A stretch of DNA of 64,000 nt, taken from positions 4,288,001-4,352,000 of the forward strand of contig OY730476.1 of NCBI GenBank assembly GCA_963422735.1. Direction: 5' to 3'. The notes beneath the pieces were generated by a model. The model saw only the letters and a program-made list of their open reading frames with translations, had not been told where the DNA came from and ran no database searches. The position numbers were made by a program, and so were the translations under genes. This document shows positions 50,846-62,010 of this stretch, piece after piece (the first letter of the stretch is position 1; the number at the start of each line of letters is the position of its first letter). The DNA is from Candidatus Latescibacterota bacterium. Its GTDB lineage: Bacteria > Latescibacterota > UBA2968 > UBA8231.

Positions 50846-51643
50846 CTAATCCTTCCCCAGCGCAGCTATAGGCGTTGAGGGCCGCACCTCGTTAGAACGA
50901 ATTCTCTTTTCCATGAGCCGAGACTCAACCACGGAAATATATTCCTCGTTGATGTCTGATAAGATCTCGGTCCGATTGTGTTTTAAGGCAAATGCCCCCG
51001 TAGTACCAGATCCACACATAGGATCGTAAATCAAATCTTCTTCAGTCGTCATAAAGAAAAGAGGTTCATATACCTTTAATGGTTTTTGAGACGGATGACC
51101 TGTTTGCTCATCTCGGCCTACAAAGCCCACCAATAATGATGCTTCTATCACGCTAGTTGGGCCGGGCATATACCTTAGCGTTCCCTTGCTTAATTTTTCT
51201 TTTTGTACCTCGTTCAAAAAGTGTTCGGGATATAGTTGTGCATCCCCCTGAGAAAGGTGCAGGCAAGTATTTTGACTTGAGCACCATCCTCGAATAACAG
51301 AGGGGTTATTCTTGTAATACCAAGTGAGCCATGCAACGAGTTTATAATCCGTTGGTATGCGATTAAAGTACTGAGCTATGATCTCGGGGAAACCCCACAA
51401 GAATACGTGGTCGGATATACCAATAAGGGCTTCGAGTATAGATACGACAAAATCGTTGTAATCATCTCTTATTTCTCCAAAACCTTTATTATATCAAGGA
51501 TCGAGCATTGCTACACGCGGCTCGATGCCAGCTAACTTAATCCATTCGATGGATTCAAATACGTCCATCGGTGGTAGTATGACAACATGGCCCTTTTGGG
51601 GTCCGCTATTCTGCGCGATCTTATCGAGTTCTGTGAAAGTCAT
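50846..51643 (-). pseudogene. N4/N6 DNA methyltransferase, disrupted
   Basis: HPSQKP and DPMCGSGTTG present; catalytic motif reads DP*Y (TGA near 51494); low GC. Confidence 0.75.
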
Positions 51644-51649
51644 TTGATT

Positions 51650-52350
51650 TATAGCTATTCCCTTTCCAATTTTCTGTCATTGATTTGATATCCAAAATAA
51701 TCGAAAAGAGAAGACAATCTTCTTTTTTTTCACTTGTAGCTTGCACAATAGCATAGACATTGATTTTACCAGTGCTATCATCCCAAAAGTTCTTTTTTAT
51801 AACCTGATGCCGTCCATGTAATACTCTCCATTGGTTTGGATCTGCTTGGATCGGCTTTAATTTTTATTGAATGAGGTGCCTTGTGGTCTGGTGTGAGTTT
51901 TACGGTTCCCCCTCCGATTGGGTCTATGTCTCCGTCTCTAAGTTCACACCGAATACCATCTTCCTTCCATTCACAAGAGTAGTTCGCTTTCTTCAATAAC
52001 TCTAACCATACTCTATCATGTGGACGAATTCTCTTGTGTATTTTTGGCCTTTTTCATAGATAGGCTAAGATATTCTTGCATTTTTAAATCACCCCGATTC
52101 CGCCATGATAAAATTGTGTATCCATCGTCAGTTCGCAACTCCGATAATCTCTGATGCCAATTTTCAGGTTCCATTTGGGTTATCGGGTCTCTAGCTACTT
52201 CGATGATTTGTTTTCTTGATAGAATCTTTCCGATATTATCTAGAAAAAGAGCTTCGATTCTCTTTTTACTACTCTTCTGATCATATAGTCTTTTTATTTC
52301 ACTATAAATTTTTTCTGCTTCAGAATTAAAGTAGTTTTCTTTTTTTGCAT
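51650..52350 (-). pseudogene. HNH endonuclease-like remnant
   Basis: NWHQRLSELRTDDGYTI and LTPDHKAPHS fragments in different frames; AT-rich. Confidence 0.55.
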
Positions 52351-52394
52351 ATTATAATGCCCGAATCAGGGTTGAAGTACAACCTGTAAGTAGA

Positions 52395-53297
52395 TCAGCT
52401 AGCCCCTCCCCAAGTGTACACCTGCGCCGGCTTGGGCTCCCACACCAGTGCGTCGTCGATCCCCGGCAAGCTCGATAGCGCCTGGAACTCGCTGGCCATC
52501 GCCACGTACGCGTCCGTCTCGGCCAGCACCGCCGGCTTGCAGGCGATCGGGTCGCGCAAGACCGCAAAGCCGTCGGCCGTGCCAATGGCAAAGGTATAGA
52601 AGCCGTCCAAATCGTCGAGCGCCGCTTGTAGGGCCGCTTGCAAGGTATCGCCCTGCTGCATTCGCCACATCAAGTAGCCGGCCGCTACTTCCGAGTCGTT
52701 TTCAGTGCGGATTTCGATCCCTTGGCGCTCTAGGCGCGTACGCAGCCGATTGTGGTTGCTCAAGGAGCCGTTGTGTACTAAGCAGAGATCCATGCCCGTG
52801 GAAAAGGGATGGGAGCCGTCGGTGGTCACCGCACTCTCGGTGGCCATGCGCGTGTGCCCGATGATGTGTGTGCCGTGCATCGTGCGTACGCCGAAGCGCT
52901 CGACGATCTCGGCGGGTGCGCCGATCTCTTTGAGGATCTCGATGCTGCGGCCGATGCTCATTATCGTCAGGTTAGGGTCTAACCCAGCCATCGCCCGTCC
53001 CAGTGAATCTGCGTCGGCGCGCACCGCGATGACCGCGTAGTTGGCGTTGATGCGCAGGCTGGCCTCGCAGCCAAAATGCGCACCGAGTTGATCGGCCAGC
53101 CCCGGCCAGTCGTAGGCGTCGGCCGCGTGCCGCAAGGTGACTTTGATAAAGCCTTCCGGCGGCTCATTGCCGTAGAGCGCCAACCCCGCACTATCGGGGC
53201 CGCGATCGCTCATGCATATCAGCATCTCAGCGAACAGTGCGCCGAGTTGGTCGGCCAAGTTGCGTTTTTTTACGTACAGTCCAACAATGCCGCACAT
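52395..53297 (-). CDS. mgsA: N-methylglutamate synthase amidotransferase subunit (GlxB-like)
   Basis: MCGIVG Ntn N-terminus; RGPDSAG, GHTRMATES, HNGSLSN. Confidence 0.85.
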   Translation of the reverse strand: MCGIVGLYVKKRNLADQLGALFAEMLICMSDRGPDSAGLALYGNEPPEGFIKVTLRHAADAYDWPGLADQLGAHFGCEASLRINANYAVIAVRADADSLGRAMAGLDPNLTIMSIGRSIEILKEIGAPAEIVERFGVRTMHGTHIIGHTRMATESAVTTDGSHPFSTGMDLCLVHNGSLSNHNRLRTRLERQGIEIRTENDSEVAAGYLMWRMQQGDTLQAALQAALDDLDGFYTFAIGTADGFAVLRDPIACKPAVLAETDAYVAMASEFQALSSLPGIDDALVWEPKPAQVYTWGGAS

Positions 53298-53383
53298 TGC
53301 ATACTGGTCGTTTTAGTATTTAGTAAGATGCTTGTTCTACCGCTCTCAGTCAGATAGAGTAAATTACGCAATCGTTTAGTGTG

Positions 53384-53464
53384 CAACAACGCAACAAGGC
53401 GAATACGTGGACGTTTCTTGATAGCCATATTCAAACAGGCTCTCAACAACCCACAAAGGCGAAT
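53384..53464. repeat. 21-bp imperfect direct repeats (53384-53404, 53444-53464) in divergent intergenic region
   Basis: caacaacgcaacaaggcgaat vs caacaacccacaaaggcgaat, 3 mismatches. Confidence 0.7.
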
Positions 53465-53466
53465 CA

Positions 53467-54162
53467 ATGACCAAATTTCCGGCAGTACAAGCCCTCACTT
53501 TCGACCTATTCGGCACGGTCCTCGACTTGGGCGGCAGCCTAACCCCGGCAATCGCGTCCTACCTGCGCGATAAAGGGTCTTCAGTAGCACCCGAGCACCT
53601 GTGGAACCAATGGCGGGCGCGCCAGCGCCTAGAGCAATATCAAGACAATATCCTCCTATTGGGCCACAGCGGCTATTTGGAGACGGTGCGGCGGGCCTTG
53701 ATCTACGTTTTGGCGTTGGAGGGAATAGGCGTGGCCGCAGGGGATGTCCCTCGGCTCATGGAAGCCTGGCAGCATCTCAACCCCTTCGCCGATGTGAAGA
53801 CAGCTCTTGAAAAGCTAAAGGGGCGCTACCGCCTAGTCGCTCTGTCCAATGGCGGGGCGGATTTTTTGGCCCATCTGGCGGCCAATCGCATTGGCTGGGA
53901 CTTCGACCGCATTGTCTCGGTCGAAGAAGTGGGTGCTTTTAAGCCGCATCCTCGGGTGTACCGCCGGGCCGCGTCCTTGCTGCACGTAGAAGTGGGGCAG
54001 TGCATGATGGTTTCGGCCAATTCATTCGATGTAATGGGGGCGCGGGCCTGCGGCATGAGGGGTGCCTTCGTCAACCGCAACGCCCTGCCCTATGAAGAAA
54101 CGCCGTACCGGCCCGATGTGGAGGTGAGAAATTTTACCGAACTAACCGGGGCACTGCTGTAA
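53467..54162 (+). CDS. Haloacid dehalogenase type II (HAD family)
   Basis: FDLFGT, LSNG, FKPHPRVY, SANSFDVMGA. Confidence 0.85.
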   Translation: MTKFPAVQALTFDLFGTVLDLGGSLTPAIASYLRDKGSSVAPEHLWNQWRARQRLEQYQDNILLLGHSGYLETVRRALIYVLALEGIGVAAGDVPRLMEAWQHLNPFADVKTALEKLKGRYRLVALSNGGADFLAHLAANRIGWDFDRIVSVEEVGAFKPHPRVYRRAASLLHVEVGQCMMVSANSFDVMGARACGMRGAFVNRNALPYEETPYRPDVEVRNFTELTGALL

Positions 54163-54278
54163 AGTCGCCTATGCCGCTCGGCTATACTACCAACCCACGT
54201 TGTCCTTTAGGCAGCGTTATGAGATCGATAATCGGATATCTCATAGGGCTGATCTGAGTCGGCGATGCCCGTGCCGAG

Positions 54279-54515
54279 GTGCTGGTCGGGGGATGGGTGC
54301 GGCTGGCTTTGGGACAACCAGCTATCGGCGCACAGGTGAGGCTATTTGCTGCGACCGATCTGCGCCGCTCGGTCCGCACTACCACCGATGAAACCGGCTA
54401 TTTTGCCCTGCCGCTAGCAGCGTTGAGTACAACCGTCCTGCCGCAACAATTTTCTTTAGGGCAGAATTATCCCAACCCGTTCAATCCTTCCACGATCATT
54501 CCCTATCAACTGCTG
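54279..54515 (+). pseudogene. Fragment of a FlgD/T9SS-type secreted protein
   Basis: TTDETGYFALPL...LGQNYPNPFNPSTIIPYQL, then similarity is lost. Confidence 0.6.
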
Positions 54516-54552
54516 GTCTCGGACGATCAGGCTGGTCAATCTATCGGATCAG

Positions 54553-55356
54553 TTACTGAGGCCGCGCATACAACGCCTCGAAGCGGTCTTGGGCCTCCCA
54601 TCCTAAGAGCCGCTTGGCCTTGTCAGGCCGGTACTTGTCGTGTGGCAGCCGCGCACAGATAAAGAAATTCTCGTACGGCGATGGCATCTCGGGTGCCCGC
54701 AACCCATACAAGAACGCTTCCCCGGTATCCTCCCACGAGGTCGTATAGGGATGCACGCCGCCGCCCCGTTCCTCGGGCAGCACTTCCCTCGGGCGAAAAT
54801 GCGTATAGACAAAGGAAAGCACCTCCAAGCCCTCGCGCTCGGCAAACACGCGCGTAATGTGCCCCCCGAGATACTTGCTCAGTGCGTAGAGATCGTCGCC
54901 TGGATGCAGCGGGATGTCGGCCTCCACCTGGAAGTCGTTCCAATAGTCGGCATTGTGGTCCAGCGAGGTGTGAAAAGGCCCGGTGTGGATCAGCCTTTTT
55001 ATTTTACAAGCGACGCAGGCTTTGGCCACGTTGTACGCGCCGACCATGTTGACTTGGAAGGCCAGCACTGGATGCGGCCGGATTACGGAGACATTGATCG
55101 CCGCGTCCATGCTCTCGCAGGCGGCCAGCACTTGCGCGTAGTCGGTAATATCGACAACCCGACTTTCGTGCGGCGGCCCCAACACTTCCGGGATCGGTGC
55201 CCGTGGACTCTGTGGCAGCGCGGCCGCGACCTCGGTCATCGGCCGGAGATCGGTCACCCGCAACGTGTAGTGGCCTTTGAGTGCGGCGATCGCGGACGCG
55301 CCGACCGGGCCACCCGCCCCAAACAACACCACCTTGCCTTTGTTCACCATTGCCAT
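54553..55356 (-). CDS. NAD-dependent epimerase/dehydratase (uronate dehydrogenase-like)
   Basis: GAGGPVG, YALSK. Confidence 0.8.
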   Translation of the reverse strand: MAMVNKGKVVLFGAGGPVGASAIAALKGHYTLRVTDLRPMTEVAAALPQSPRAPIPEVLGPPHESRVVDITDYAQVLAACESMDAAINVSVIRPHPVLAFQVNMVGAYNVAKACVACKIKRLIHTGPFHTSLDHNADYWNDFQVEADIPLHPGDDLYALSKYLGGHITRVFAEREGLEVLSFVYTHFRPREVLPEERGGGVHPYTTSWEDTGEAFLYGLRAPEMPSPYENFFICARLPHDKYRPDKAKRLLGWEAQDRFEALYARPQ

Positions 55357-55367
55357 AAAACCCCCCT

Positions 55368-55967
55368 TTAGGAGAAGCGTCCGCTCGATGCTACGTGCGA
55401 TAGCGACCAGTGGTGCCCTTCGCGCACGGCGGCAAGGGCTTGGCGCACGGCCGCCACGGCGTCGTCGGCCGTAGTCTCCGCTCCCAATGCACCGAGGCGC
55501 AGACAGCACACCTCGATCTGGCCGGTGCGGGCGATTTCGCGGCCGACCAGTTCGACCATAAGCGGTGCCAGCGACTCGGCCTCCGCCCGTGGCAGGGCAT
55601 TCCACTGCGGATCAACTAGATATTCCTCCGGATAGTCGCGCACCAAATCGAGACCACTCAGCAGCACCGCTTTCTCAATGCCGACGGCACAGGCCGCCGT
55701 CAGTGCCACGTAGGCGATCCGCGCCGCTGTGTCGAGCACGGCCCCTTCGTCGTCGCCGCCCGGATCGCCGCCCGTCGCATGGACGATGGCCTCCACGCCT
55801 GCAAGCACCGGGTCTAATGCCTCGCGCTGGAGCAAATCGACCTGCCGGTAGCCGGCTAGGTCGCTGGTTTCTTCTGCACCGAGCGCCACCACCTCAAAGC
55901 CCGCACCCAACTCAGCCGCTAGCAGTGCTCCCCAAGGGCCATCCGCGCCGATTATCGCTACGCGCAT
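55368..55967 (-). CDS. Short NAD(P)-binding epimerase-like protein
   Basis: MRVAIIGADGPWG Rossmann start; lacks a clear YxxxK. Confidence 0.6.
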   Translation of the reverse strand: MRVAIIGADGPWGALLAAELGAGFEVVALGAEETSDLAGYRQVDLLQREALDPVLAGVEAIVHATGGDPGGDDEGAVLDTAARIAYVALTAACAVGIEKAVLLSGLDLVRDYPEEYLVDPQWNALPRAEAESLAPLMVELVGREIARTGQIEVCCLRLGALGAETTADDAVAAVRQALAAVREGHHWSLSHVASSGRFS

Positions 55968-56008
55968 AGTATCTCCTCTACCAGAAAAGTCGTTTTGCTG
56001 TTCATGCC

Positions 56009-56287
56009 CTAGCCGCCTGTGGTGGTTTCCAGTTGAGGAATCGGATCGTCGTACTCTGTGAGAGCTTTGCAACGGAAAGTCATTACCTCATCAATTGACC
56101 TCTGCGGTTGAGGAAAGGGGTCGCCGTATTCCATCAGGCTCTCGATGTGAGAGGCGATGGCTTCGCGGATGTTTTCCTGAATCTCCTTCCAAGTTTCCCC
56201 AGTGCTTATGCAGCCCGGCAGATCGGGCGAATAGGCCGAGTAGTTGTTGGGCGTGCGTTCATAGGTCACCGCATATTTTAGCTTAAT
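56009..56287 (-). CDS. hicB: HicB-family antitoxin (ATT at expected start)
   Basis: YSAYSPDLPGCISTGET..EI.ENIREAI. Confidence 0.75.
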   Translation of the reverse strand: MKLKYAVTYERTPNNYSAYSPDLPGCISTGETWKEIQENIREAIASHIESLMEYGDPFPQPQRSIDEVMTFRCKALTEYDDPIPQLETTTGG

Positions 56288-56299
56288 CGGTTTTTCTCC

Positions 56300-56430
56300 C
56301 TTAGTCCAGCCTGTCTCAGTATATTCGTCGGCGGTATCGACGGTGACTCCCCCGCGTCCTTACCAGCCTCTGTACCAATCGGATGACGTCTCTAACCCTT
56401 GGTATCCCCCAAATTCTTCATGCCAACCAT
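56300..56430 (-). pseudogene. HicA toxin remnant
   Basis: RVRDVIRLV..RTRGSHR and ILRQAGL fragments with internal deletion. Confidence 0.6.
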
Positions 56431-56442
56431 ATAGTACCTCCT

Positions 56443-57234
56443 CTACCAAGAAAGTTTCTCAGACAAGTTGTGAAAAAAGTACTTGTCGTCGAGGTATATC
56501 AGCCGCGCTGTGTGTGCAGCTTGGTCGACGTACACCTCTTGCCCGGGAGCCAGGCTGCATATTTCGCGGCCATCGGCAATGAGCACCACGCGACTATCTA
56601 AGGTCTCGGGACTGACGCGCAGCCGCACCCGTTTCTCGGCCGACAGGATCAAGGTCCGCGACGTGAAGTTGTATTCGTTGATGCCGTCGAGCAACATGCA
56701 GCGCACTTCCGGCATGACCAGCGGCGCCCCCATAGACAGCAACAGCCCGGTGCTGCCCGTTGGCGTACCAACGACCACGCCATCGCCGCGAATGGTGCGG
56801 ATTTTGGCGTCGTCAACAAATACGTCCGTAGAGAGCATTTTGTGGTGCGCCCGCAAGGTAACCTCGTTGAAGACCAGACGCTCGCCGCCGGGATAGCGGC
56901 AAGAGAGCACTAGGCGCTCGCTGACGAAGTACTGGCCATCGACTAAGAGCTGGACGATGTGCGCCAAGTCTTTGCGATCGCCAGCGGTCAAGAAGCCGAC
57001 GGTGCCAAAATTGATCGCCAGCACCGGCCGCTGTGGGAAGCGGGCAAAGGCGCGGAGTACCGTGCCGTCGCCGCCGAGCGCGATGACCAAGTCTAGACTG
57101 TCTGGGCACCCGTCTTTCTCGATAAAGCACACTGCGATCCCATGCGCGGCAAATAGGTCGCGCACCTCGGCTACCGGATAGTCCAAATCCTGATCGCGCA
57201 GCAGGACCCCGACCTTTTTTAATGCGAGCGGCAC
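56443..57234 (-). CDS. nadK: NAD(+) kinase
   Basis: GGDGT, GFL, NE, GDG....TPTGST; start approximate. Confidence 0.85.
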   Translation of the reverse strand: MPLALKKVGVLLRDQDLDYPVAEVRDLFAAHGIAVCFIEKDGCPDSLDLVIALGGDGTVLRAFARFPQRPVLAINFGTVGFLTAGDRKDLAHIVQLLVDGQYFVSERLVLSCRYPGGERLVFNEVTLRAHHKMLSTDVFVDDAKIRTIRGDGVVVGTPTGSTGLLLSMGAPLVMPEVRCMLLDGINEYNFTSRTLILSAEKRVRLRVSPETLDSRVVLIADGREICSLAPGQEVYVDQAAHTARLIYLDDKYFFHNLSEKLSW

Positions 57235-57241
57235 CGACAGG

Positions 57242-58153
57242 CTACTCGGCCCGCGCTTGTTTGCCGGCCTGGGTCTCATAGGCCTTGATCAGCGCCTGAG
57301 TCCCCTCTTCGGCGCAACCAGCGCGCTCGACAATGTTGAAAAACTGGTGGGCTATGCTCACGGCCGGCAGGGCCAGCTTGACATCGTTGGCCGTCTGCAA
57401 GACCAATCGCAGATCCTTTTGCTGCAAATAGACCATAAAGCCCGGATCAAAATCGCCAGCGGCAATGCGTGGGCCTAAGTTGCTCAACTGCCAAGAGCCA
57501 GCCGCTCCGCCGCTGATGGCGTCGATGACTTTTTGTACGTCTAAGCCCGAGGTCGCCGCCAGCATTAGGGCCTCGGCCATGGCCATGTTGTTGACCGAAA
57601 CCGCGATCTGGTTGCAGAGCTTGGTAGTCTGACCAGCGCCGTTGGAACCAATCAAATTGATGTTGGTGCCCATGGCCTCAAAGACCGGCAGGCACTGGTT
57701 AAAGACGGCCTCGTCGCCGCCGACCATGATCGACAGGGTGCCGTTGATCGCGCCCACATCCCCGCCGCTGACGGGCGCGTCGAGCATGGCCACGCCCTGC
57801 TTTTGCAAGGCGGCAGCTACTTCGCGAGTGACTTTGGGCGAAACCGTACTCATATCGATGACGATCGCGCCCTCTTTGGCTCCGTGAATCGCGCCCTCCG
57901 CGCCCACGAGCACAGCCTCCATATCGGGCGTATCCGTGACGATGCTGATGATGACATCTGCACCCGTCGCCGCCTCTTTGGGCGAGCCGACGCGCCCGCC
58001 GCCCGCTGCGACGACCTCGTCAACGCGCGGCCGGTCGCTGCGGTTGTACACCCTGAGTTGATAACCGGCTTTGAGCAAATTCTTGGCCATGGGCGCACCC
58101 ATGATCCCCAAGCCGATAAAGCCGATTTGCGTCTGCCCCGGTGCTGCTGACAT
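57242..58153 (-). CDS. Beta-hydroxyacid dehydrogenase (tartronate semialdehyde reductase / 3-hydroxyisobutyrate DH family)
   Basis: GFIGLGIMG.PMA.NL, DAPVSGG, KLCNQ. Confidence 0.88.
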   Translation of the reverse strand: MSAAPGQTQIGFIGLGIMGAPMAKNLLKAGYQLRVYNRSDRPRVDEVVAAGGGRVGSPKEAATGADVIISIVTDTPDMEAVLVGAEGAIHGAKEGAIVIDMSTVSPKVTREVAAALQKQGVAMLDAPVSGGDVGAINGTLSIMVGGDEAVFNQCLPVFEAMGTNINLIGSNGAGQTTKLCNQIAVSVNNMAMAEALMLAATSGLDVQKVIDAISGGAAGSWQLSNLGPRIAAGDFDPGFMVYLQQKDLRLVLQTANDVKLALPAVSIAHQFFNIVERAGCAEEGTQALIKAYETQAGKQARAE

Positions 58154-58166
58154 GGTTCCTCTCCAA

Positions 58167-59987
58167 TTAAAACGTGAAAAAGCGATGCCGGTTGTCCTCG
58201 ATCTCGGCCGTCTCGTACAGATGCGCGAACCAGTTCTGCATGGCCTCCTGCTCGCGCTGGGCCTGAAGCTGAGCGACCACCTGCTCGCGCTGCGCGGCGA
58301 ATTGCTCCTCATCTACCGGTGTCTTCTCGAGTAGCTTCAGCAAGTAAGCCCCTCGCTTGCCGCCCTCGGTGACTTCGATCACTTCACTGAGTTGGCCCTC
58401 TTCCAAGCGAAAAGCCGCGCCGATCACCGCGTTGGCGCGGCCTAGACCCTCCACCGATTCAGTGCGCGTAAAAGCCTCGGGGGTGTGCAGCGCTAGCCCG
58501 GCGTTTTGGGCTGCCTGCGCGAGGGTGGCCCCGGCTTCTACTTCCCGCCGCACGGTCTCCAGCCGGACCGCGGCGCGGGCGGCCTTTTTGCGCGTGCGCA
58601 CCAACGGCTCAAGCTGGTCCTTTAGCTCGTCCAAGGGCACTGTGCCTTCAGGGCGTTTGGCCACCAGATGCGCCACCCACAACCCCGAGTCGTCCTCGAT
58701 GACTCGGCTGACGGCCCCAGACTCCTGTTCAAAAGACCAGTTGACGAGCCAAGTAGTGTTCGCACTGATACCCGGCACAGCTTGGCTCTTGCGCAGGAAA
58801 TTCGTGGCCGTCGCCTCGGTACCAGAGGCCGCGAGCGCGGCTGCAAATCCCTCGGCTGCGGCCTGCTCCTCGAACGCCTCAGCCGAACTGCGCAGGCTAT
58901 CCTCGGTCGAGCGCGAGGGCTTGTACCTGAGCAAGATGTGCCGGGCGTGTACCTTCTCCTCGCCGCTTTCCTCCAAGCGCTCTTCCACTTTGATCAGATG
59001 CCAGCCATAGCGCGTCTGCACCGGCTCGGAGAGTTCGCCGGCCGCTAAGGCGAAGGCCGCTTCCTCAAAGGGTGCGACCATCCGGCCGCGAGCAAAAAAA
59101 CCTAGGTCACCGCCTTGGGCGGCTGAGCCTTCGTCGTCGGAGATCACTGCGGCCAACTCGGCAAAATCTTTACCGGCCTCGATCTCTTGGCGCAGGCGGC
59201 CGATCTCCTCTTTGATCTCCAGCGAATCCTCGGCACTAGCCACCTTGGGAAAATGCACATACTCCAGCTTTACCTGATCGGGGTGCTCGTAATCGGCTGC
59301 GTTTTCTTGGTAGTAGGCGGTCAAATCTTCGTCTGCGACCTCGATCTCGTCATCCGGGGCGTCGCTGGGGGCGAATGCGTATTCGACACGCACTTTTTCA
59401 TTGGCCTCGGCAAAGTGCTGGCGCGCCTTGTTGGGACTCACCTGCGCGGTGCCTCGCAGCATCCGCTGTAGCCTGTAATCGAGCAATTGCCGCTCAATTG
59501 TGCTCTCGATCCACAGGACTAAGGCTTGGTTGTTAGGATCGCTGAGATTGGCCGGATTGCCGATGAACTGGGCGTACTTGTCCTTGTCGAACGCGCTGTC
59601 GGTCTGAAAGTGCTCGAATTCGCGCACGGCCTGCGGGGGCTCGTTCCGCGTGTAAAAGGCAATTTCCCCGTCGGTCACCTCGAATCCCAACCGCTCGTAC
59701 TCTTGGGTCAGGATGATCTCGCGGACGTAATAGTCCCACACCTGCCGCACGAGTAGGGCCTGATCGGCGCGCTGCTCTTGTGGCATCTGGCGCGCTATCC
59801 GCCGTAGCGCGTCTTGGAACTCCTGCAGCGCAATGGTCTCGCCATTGATCACGCCGACCGCATCGCCGACGTCGTTGGTGCGTGCACCCGAGTAGTCGGC
59901 TCCCCATTCGACGACGATCAAGCCGATGAAGGCGAATATCACAAACCACAGGACGAGCACCGTTTTTTGGCGCAACAAAGTCATCAT
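58167..59987 (-). CDS. PpiD/SurA-like membrane-anchored peptidyl-prolyl isomerase
   Basis: N-terminal TM; [28 protein letters not shown]. Confidence 0.85.
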   Translation of the reverse strand: MMTLLRQKTVLVLWFVIFAFIGLIVVEWGADYSGARTNDVGDAVGVINGETIALQEFQDALRRIARQMPQEQRADQALLVRQVWDYYVREIILTQEYERLGFEVTDGEIAFYTRNEPPQAVREFEHFQTDSAFDKDKYAQFIGNPANLSDPNNQALVLWIESTIERQLLDYRLQRMLRGTAQVSPNKARQHFAEANEKVRVEYAFAPSDAPDDEIEVADEDLTAYYQENAADYEHPDQVKLEYVHFPKVASAEDSLEIKEEIGRLRQEIEAGKDFAELAAVISDDEGSAAQGGDLGFFARGRMVAPFEEAAFALAAGELSEPVQTRYGWHLIKVEERLEESGEEKVHARHILLRYKPSRSTEDSLRSSAEAFEEQAAAEGFAAALAASGTEATATNFLRKSQAVPGISANTTWLVNWSFEQESGAVSRVIEDDSGLWVAHLVAKRPEGTVPLDELKDQLEPLVRTRKKAARAAVRLETVRREVEAGATLAQAAQNAGLALHTPEAFTRTESVEGLGRANAVIGAAFRLEEGQLSEVIEVTEGGKRGAYLLKLLEKTPVDEEQFAAQREQVVAQLQAQREQEAMQNWFAHLYETAEIEDNRHRFFTF

Positions 59988-60004
59988 AAGCAGTAGTTCT
60001 CCTG

Positions 60005-61033
60005 CTATCTTGCGTTTTTTTTGTTGGCTTCAGCAGTCAGCCGGTTCTTCAGCTCCGCAGGATAGCGAAGCAGGCAGGCCGTGCAGTGGCCGCCGCCCAG
60101 ATCGACGAGGCGCGGCACGACGCGGGTGCAGATCGCTTCGCGCTCTGGGCAACGCGGATGAAAGGCGCATCCCGAGGGTACGGCCGCCGGATTGGGCGCA
60201 TCGCCCTCCAAGAGGACGCGCTGCCGCTTAGTCCGCGGGTCGGGCGCGGGCACGGCCGCCAGCAGTGCGCGCGTATAGGGATGAGACGGCTGGCGGTAGA
60301 GCTGATCGCGTGCGGCCACCTCGACTACGCGCCCCAAGTACATCACGGCCACCCGATCCGAAATGTGGCGCACCACGCTCAAGTCGTGGGCAATAAACAT
60401 ATAGGTCAGGCCCAAATCGCGCTGTAGGTCTTGCAGCAAGTTGACGACCTGGGCCTGCACCGAAACATCCAGCGCAGACACTGGTTCGTCGGCGACGATG
60501 AACTGCGGACGCACCGCTAAGGCACGGGCAATGCCAATGCGTTGGCGCTGGCCTCCGGAAAACTCGTGCGGGTAGCGCCGCACACAATCCGCCGGCAACC
60601 CGACCATCTCCAGCAATTCCCCCACCCGCTCGGCCAACTCGGCGCGCTCGGCGAGTCCGTGGACCTTCAGGGCCTCGCCGATGATGCCGCCCACCGTCAT
60701 CCGCGGATTGAGCGACGCATACGGGTCTTGGAAGATGATCTGCATATCCCGCCGCTGCCGCCGCATGGCTTCCTTGCCCAACCCCAACAGGTCAATCCCG
60801 GCAAAGCGCACCTGCCCGGCCGTGGCCTCGATTAGCCGCAGCATGAGCCGTCCCAGTGTGGTCTTGCCGCAGCCGCTCTCGCCGACTACGCCCAAGGTTT
60901 CGCCGCGCCGAATCGCCAGATCAACCCCATCAACGGCCTTGACATGGGTCTGCACCCGGCCCCAAAACCCTCGGCGCACGGGAAAGTGTTTTTTGAGTCC
61001 CTTGACCTCAACTAAGGGTGCGGCTTGGCTCAT
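60005..61033 (-). CDS. Oligopeptide/dipeptide ABC ATPase (OppF/DppF-like)
   Basis: [28 protein letters not shown]. Confidence 0.92.
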   Translation of the reverse strand: MSQAAPLVEVKGLKKHFPVRRGFWGRVQTHVKAVDGVDLAIRRGETLGVVGESGCGKTTLGRLMLRLIEATAGQVRFAGIDLLGLGKEAMRRQRRDMQIIFQDPYASLNPRMTVGGIIGEALKVHGLAERAELAERVGELLEMVGLPADCVRRYPHEFSGGQRQRIGIARALAVRPQFIVADEPVSALDVSVQAQVVNLLQDLQRDLGLTYMFIAHDLSVVRHISDRVAVMYLGRVVEVAARDQLYRQPSHPYTRALLAAVPAPDPRTKRQRVLLEGDAPNPAAVPSGCAFHPRCPEREAICTRVVPRLVDLGGGHCTACLLRYPAELKNRLTAEANKKNAR

Positions 61034-62010
61034 GCGTCTTCTGCCTTCCAACAGCTCGCCCAGTGCCCGGCCTCGACTTCCTCTAGCGACGGCGCTTCAG
61101 CCCGGCAGTGGGCGTCGGCCAGCGGGCAGCGCGGGGCAAAGCGACATCCCTGTGGGAAGGCGCGGGAGTCGGGCACCATGCCCGGAATGATGTCCAATCG
61201 CTCCTGTTCGGCATCCAGTCGCGGGATCGAGCGCAGCAAGCCACGCGTATAAGGATGCCGAGGGCGGGCAAAAAGCGACTGCGTCGCCGCGTATTCGACG
61301 ATTTGGCCGGCGTACATGACCGCCACTTGGTCGGCGGTCTCGGCGATCACCCCGAGGTCGTGGGTGATAATCACAATCGCCATTTGCAGGGATTCTTGCA
61401 ACGACTCCAACAGCGCGAGGATCTGCGCTTGGATCGTCACGTCGATGGCTGTGGTCGGCTCATCGGCAATCAGCACGTCTGGGTTGCACGACAGCGCCAT
61501 GGCAATCATCACCCGCTGGCGCATCCCACCCGATAGCTGGTGGGGATATTCGTCAATCCGCTGTTCGGGCGCTGGGATCCCCACCAGCTGTAGCATCTCG
61601 ACTGCCCGGGCGCGCGCTTCCTGCATGGGTACTCGCTGGTGCAAGACCACGGCCTCGGCGATCTGGAACCCGCAGGTCAGCACTGGGTTGAGGCTCGTCA
61701 TCGGCTCTTGGAAAATCATCGCGATGTCGTCGCCGCGCACTCGGCGCATCTCCTCCTCGTTCAGCGCGAGCAAGTCTCGCCCCTTGAGCAGGATCTGCCC
61801 GGCTTCAATGCGGCCGGGTGGATCGGGCACCAAGCGCATGATCGAGAAGGCACTGACGCTCTTGCCGCAGCCGCTTTCGCCGACCAGCCCCAGCGTCTGG
61901 CCCCGCCCTACTGCGAACGACACCCCATCGACGGCGCGGGCGACGCCCTCTTCCGTGTGAAAGTAGGTCCGCAAATCGCGGACCTCTAGCAGAGGATCCT
62001 GCGCGATCAT
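61030..62010 (-). CDS. Oligopeptide/dipeptide ABC ATPase (OppD/DppD-like)
   Basis: [25 protein letters not shown]. Confidence 0.92.
   Translation of the reverse strand: MIAQDPLLEVRDLRTYFHTEEGVARAVDGVSFAVGRGQTLGLVGESGCGKSVSAFSIMRLVPDPPGRIEAGQILLKGRDLLALNEEEMRRVRGDDIAMIFQEPMTSLNPVLTCGFQIAEAVVLHQRVPMQEARARAVEMLQLVGIPAPEQRIDEYPHQLSGGMRQRVMIAMALSCNPDVLIADEPTTAIDVTIQAQILALLESLQESLQMAIVIITHDLGVIAETADQVAVMYAGQIVEYAATQSLFARPRHPYTRGLLRSIPRLDAEQERLDIIPGMVPDSRAFPQGCRFAPRCPLADAHCRAEAPSLEEVEAGHWASCWKAEDA

Larger units (their letters stand above)
55966..56455. repeat. 25-bp direct repeats (55966-55990, 56431-56455) flanking the hicAB remnant
   Basis: atagtaYctcctctacca(ga/ag)aaagt occurs twice; covers nadK stop and RBS. 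Confidence 0.8.

Noticed and set aside
53409-53424. Sigma54 promoter upstream of the HAD gene
   Set aside because: GG-N10-GC spacing is not satisfied
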